IMG/VR virus record: IMGVR_UViG_3300037479_000058
Span: 1 to 30,589 of that record
Length of the DNA stretch: 30,589 bases
Strand: one strand, 5' to 3'
Origin: a virus
Taxonomy: Duplodnaviria; Caudoviricetes
Positions 28,677 to 30,589 of the stretch are shown in pieces. A model generated the notes under the pieces. That model did not search any database, was not told the origin of the DNA, and saw nothing but the letters and a program-made list of their open reading frames with translations. Position 1 is the stretch's first letter, and each line of letters opens with the position of its first letter. A program made the translations under genes and the position numbers.

Positions 28677-29612
28677 TTAGGCTCCTTCTTCTTTCAAAAG
28701 TTCTTCGACTTCTACTGTAGCGGATACTTCAGTCATACGTCGTAAACGTTTTAAAACTTCGTCCTTTGGTAGATAGTCAAGAACATACTCTTTAGGCTTC
28801 TTGCCATCCTGTGTTGTTTCTATCTCATACCAACAGTGCCTAAAAGGGCTGTATCGCATCGAGGCGGGGACTAGGAAGTTTCCAGTCTCTTTTCTTCTAA
28901 AAACTTCTTGCTCAACTGGTGGGCACTGTAAAGTATCGACAAGATCTTCTAACGAGGAGATAGCTCTAAGTTTAGGGATGAGCCGCTCAGCTCTTTCTAA
29001 CACCTTATCGAAGGACTCAACGTCAGGCTTGATAACCTTTATCTCGTGCGTACCTTTGTTCAAACAAACCCAGTATATAGGCAAACTCATGCAGTGCGAG
29101 TAGACAGCAGCCTGAGTCAAGTAACCTCTAGCATCATCTTGTTCTCTGATAAAGTTATAAAAGTAGTTCTGGCTCATAGTCTTTACTTCAAGCACTACTT
29201 TGCCGGATGGTGTCTCGACAGCAAGATCGATATGACCGAGAACGCCTTTGAAGTTAACTTCTGCCTGTTCGTCTAAAACTGCATACTTACATAGTTTCAT
29301 ATAGGCTTTCAAGTATGCTTCAAAAACATCTCCTGTATGAAAGACATGACGAAGTTTTGTGGTCAGAACGGAAAAGTTGTCAACACCAAGAACTGTTAAA
29401 GCTTGAAGCACTGCTGGCTTACCGAGAGAAGACACTCTTAGAGTAGCTTCTTGCTTACTAGGTTCCATAAACTGTCTTCTAAAAGACTCTGCAACCTCTT
29501 TGCCATATATCTCAGATACAGCGTCACGAGAGAAGTTAGGTTCACTGAACACGAAGTCGTTCAGCTGTTCTTCTAACCAAGACATCTCTTCATCCAGTTT
29601 TTTTGTATACAT
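28677..29612 (-). CDS. PD-(D/E)XK nuclease (Cas4/RecB-like phage exonuclease family)
   Basis: LRVSSLGK, FHTGDVFE, GHID...VLEVKT and YLTQAAVY motifs; SD TAAGGAG. Confidence 0.82.
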   Translation of the reverse strand: MYTKKLDEEMSWLEEQLNDFVFSEPNFSRDAVSEIYGKEVAESFRRQFMEPSKQEATLRVSSLGKPAVLQALTVLGVDNFSVLTTKLRHVFHTGDVFEAYLKAYMKLCKYAVLDEQAEVNFKGVLGHIDLAVETPSGKVVLEVKTMSQNYFYNFIREQDDARGYLTQAAVYSHCMSLPIYWVCLNKGTHEIKVIKPDVESFDKVLERAERLIPKLRAISSLEDLVDTLQCPPVEQEVFRRKETGNFLVPASMRYSPFRHCWYEIETTQDGKKPKEYVLDYLPKDEVLKRLRRMTEVSATVEVEELLKEEGA

Positions 29613-29629
29613 AAAAACTCCTTAGTGAT

Positions 29630-29664
29630 AAAGAAAACTCCTGCTACTAGAGTAACAGGAGTTT
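29630..29664 (-). terminator. Intrinsic terminator-like hairpin
   Basis: On -: AAACTCCTGTTACT-CT-AGTAGCAGGAGTTTT-CTTT. Confidence 0.65.
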
Positions 29665-29681
29665 GTCAGATACATCAAGTT

Positions 29682-29825
29682 TCACTTTAGGTATGTTGCA
29701 TCCCAGTCTAGAAGAGCCTTAGAAGCCTCTATAGCTGCGTAGACTCCAGCAGGGTTTTCTCTCTTGATGCAGTCGATGGCTTGCTCTAGGTACCTTAGTA
29801 TGGCTTCATGAGTTTGGTTTTTCAT
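29682..29825 (-). CDS. 47-aa hypothetical protein (MKNQTHEAILRYLEQAIDCIKRENPAGVYAAIEASKALLDWDATYLK)
   Basis: SD AGGAGG and ATGA coupling to the upstream gene. Not in the ORF track. Confidence 0.7.
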   Translation of the reverse strand: MKNQTHEAILRYLEQAIDCIKRENPAGVYAAIEASKALLDWDATYLK

Positions 29826-29968
29826 AGCTCCTCCTGACTTTCCTTTATCCAACCTAGCATGATGCGCTCAGCGATGGCATAGTCATCATACTTCTCGCTA
29901 ACTTTCTTAACATCTGGTTGCTGCAAGAACCACAACCACTCTAGTACTGTCCTCATATCTAGTTTCAT
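29822..29968 (-). CDS. 48-aa hypothetical protein (MKLDMRTVLEWLWFLQQPDVKKVSEKYDDYAIAERIMLGWIKESQEEL)
   Basis: ATGA overlaps at both ends. Not in the ORF track. Confidence 0.7.
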   Translation of the reverse strand: MKLDMRTVLEWLWFLQQPDVKKVSEKYDDYAIAERIMLGWIKESQEEL

Positions 29969-30192
29969 GATGAAACCACCCTTGCCGTTACTTTCAAAGT
30001 TTTAACTTGGAAGGCTCCGTCTGTATCAGCGAAGTCCGTAGTTATGATATCAAGCTTGATGCGGTACGTTGCTTCAAAGTCCATGTGAGACTTCATATAG
30101 TTGAAGCACTTCGTCCTAGCTGCTTCAAACAGTGCAGTCGGGTTAGGTGTGTTGGCATCAACATAGTAGCTTGTTCTAAAGTCAAAGTCCAT
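29965..30192 (-). CDS. Hypothetical protein
   Basis: 75 aa, SD CTAAGGAG. Confidence 0.72.
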   Translation of the reverse strand: MDFDFRTSYYVDANTPNPTALFEAARTKCFNYMKSHMDFEATYRIKLDIITTDFADTDGAFQVKTLKVTARVVSS

Positions 30193-30210
30193 ATAAACTC
30201 CTTAGGGTTG

Positions 30211-30247
30211 AAAGAAAAAACCCCCAGTTACTTTTTGTAACTGAGGG
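30211..30247 (-). terminator. Intrinsic terminator-like hairpin
   Basis: On -: CCCTCAGTTAC-AAAAA-GTAACTGGGGG-TTTTTTCTTT. Confidence 0.7.
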
Positions 30248-30264
30248 AGCTAAACTAGGAAAGT

Positions 30265-30549
30265 TTAGTTTAGTATGGCACACTTGATAAAACTAAGCTT
30301 AGTTTGTGCTTCAACCAGCTCCTTCTTCAGTTTAGAAACTTCAGCTTCGAGTTCATCATAGCTACCGATAAGGTCATCAACTAAGTCAGATAAGTCCTCG
30401 TTGTCTTTTTCCAAGTCTAGCATCTCAGCATGAGCTTCATCCAGTAAGTCGTCTTGATCAAGTAACAGTCCTGCGTACAGTTCAAGCTTCTTTTCTAGCT
30501 CAGCGTAGGTAGGAGCAAACTTGAAGTTAGAGAAAAAGTTAGATAGCAT
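30265..30549 (-). CDS. Acidic coiled-coil hypothetical protein
   Basis: 94 aa with heptad Leu pattern. SD AAAGGA preceded by a CA tract. Confidence 0.72.
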   Translation of the reverse strand: MLSNFFSNFKFAPTYAELEKKLELYAGLLLDQDDLLDEAHAEMLDLEKDNEDLSDLVDDLIGSYDELEAEVSKLKKELVEAQTKLSFIKCAILN

Positions 30550-30561
30550 GGTTGGTTCCTT

Positions 30562-30576
30562 TGTGTGTGTGTGTGT
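30562..30576 (-). repeat. (CA)7 tract in gene leader
   Basis: tgtgtgtgtgtgtgt on +, immediately upstream (on -) of the AAAGGA SD. Confidence 0.9.
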
Positions 30577-30589
30577 TGTTTACTTATAT

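Noticed and set aside
561-30240. Short ORFs nested in or antisense to the main genes (e.g. 561-863, 13664-13861, 17313-17681, 19265-19651, 28801-29103, 30007-30240)
   Set aside because: They overlap well-supported genes or run through terminators, and lack RBSs or recognisable motifs.
1-30589. AAU-specific mRNA interferase (MazF-type) or simple codon bias as the cause of AAT loss
   Set aside because: Both AAU and AUU are missing from the same transcripts, in all frames and in intergenic DNA. A single RNase or a codon preference would not give this strand symmetry.
1-30589. Avoidance of palindromic AATT (MluCI/Tsp509I-type) as the full explanation
   Set aside because: AATA, AATC and nearly all AATG are missing too.
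1-30589. CRISPR array, integrase/att site, or stop-codon reassignment
   Set aside because: No spaced direct repeats or recombinase were seen. Long genes are intact in the standard code and end in TAA, TAG and TGA.

Overview
This window is about 30.6 kb of a podovirus-type phage genome. Its gene order and divergent two-arm layout resemble freshwater cyanopodoviruses; the host assignment is inference. The + strand carries a virion module: large terminase, portal, scaffold, major capsid, tail adaptor and nozzle, a PG-binding/M15 endolysin, a small 2-TM holin candidate, four internal (ejection) proteins and two tail fibres. One ejection protein has M23 and lytic transglycosylase domains, and another has an ADP-ribosyltransferase-like domain. 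Small - strand genes and a PD-(D/E)XK nuclease flank the module. The most striking signal is compositional: the trinucleotide AAT and its complement ATT are almost absent from both strands, in all frames and in intergenic DNA. I found only 4 by eye, all in 5'-AATG-3' context, against roughly a thousand or more expected. GGCC also appears absent. This points to a DNA-level selective agent recognising a ~3-4 bp motif, either a host defence or a phage self/non-self system.
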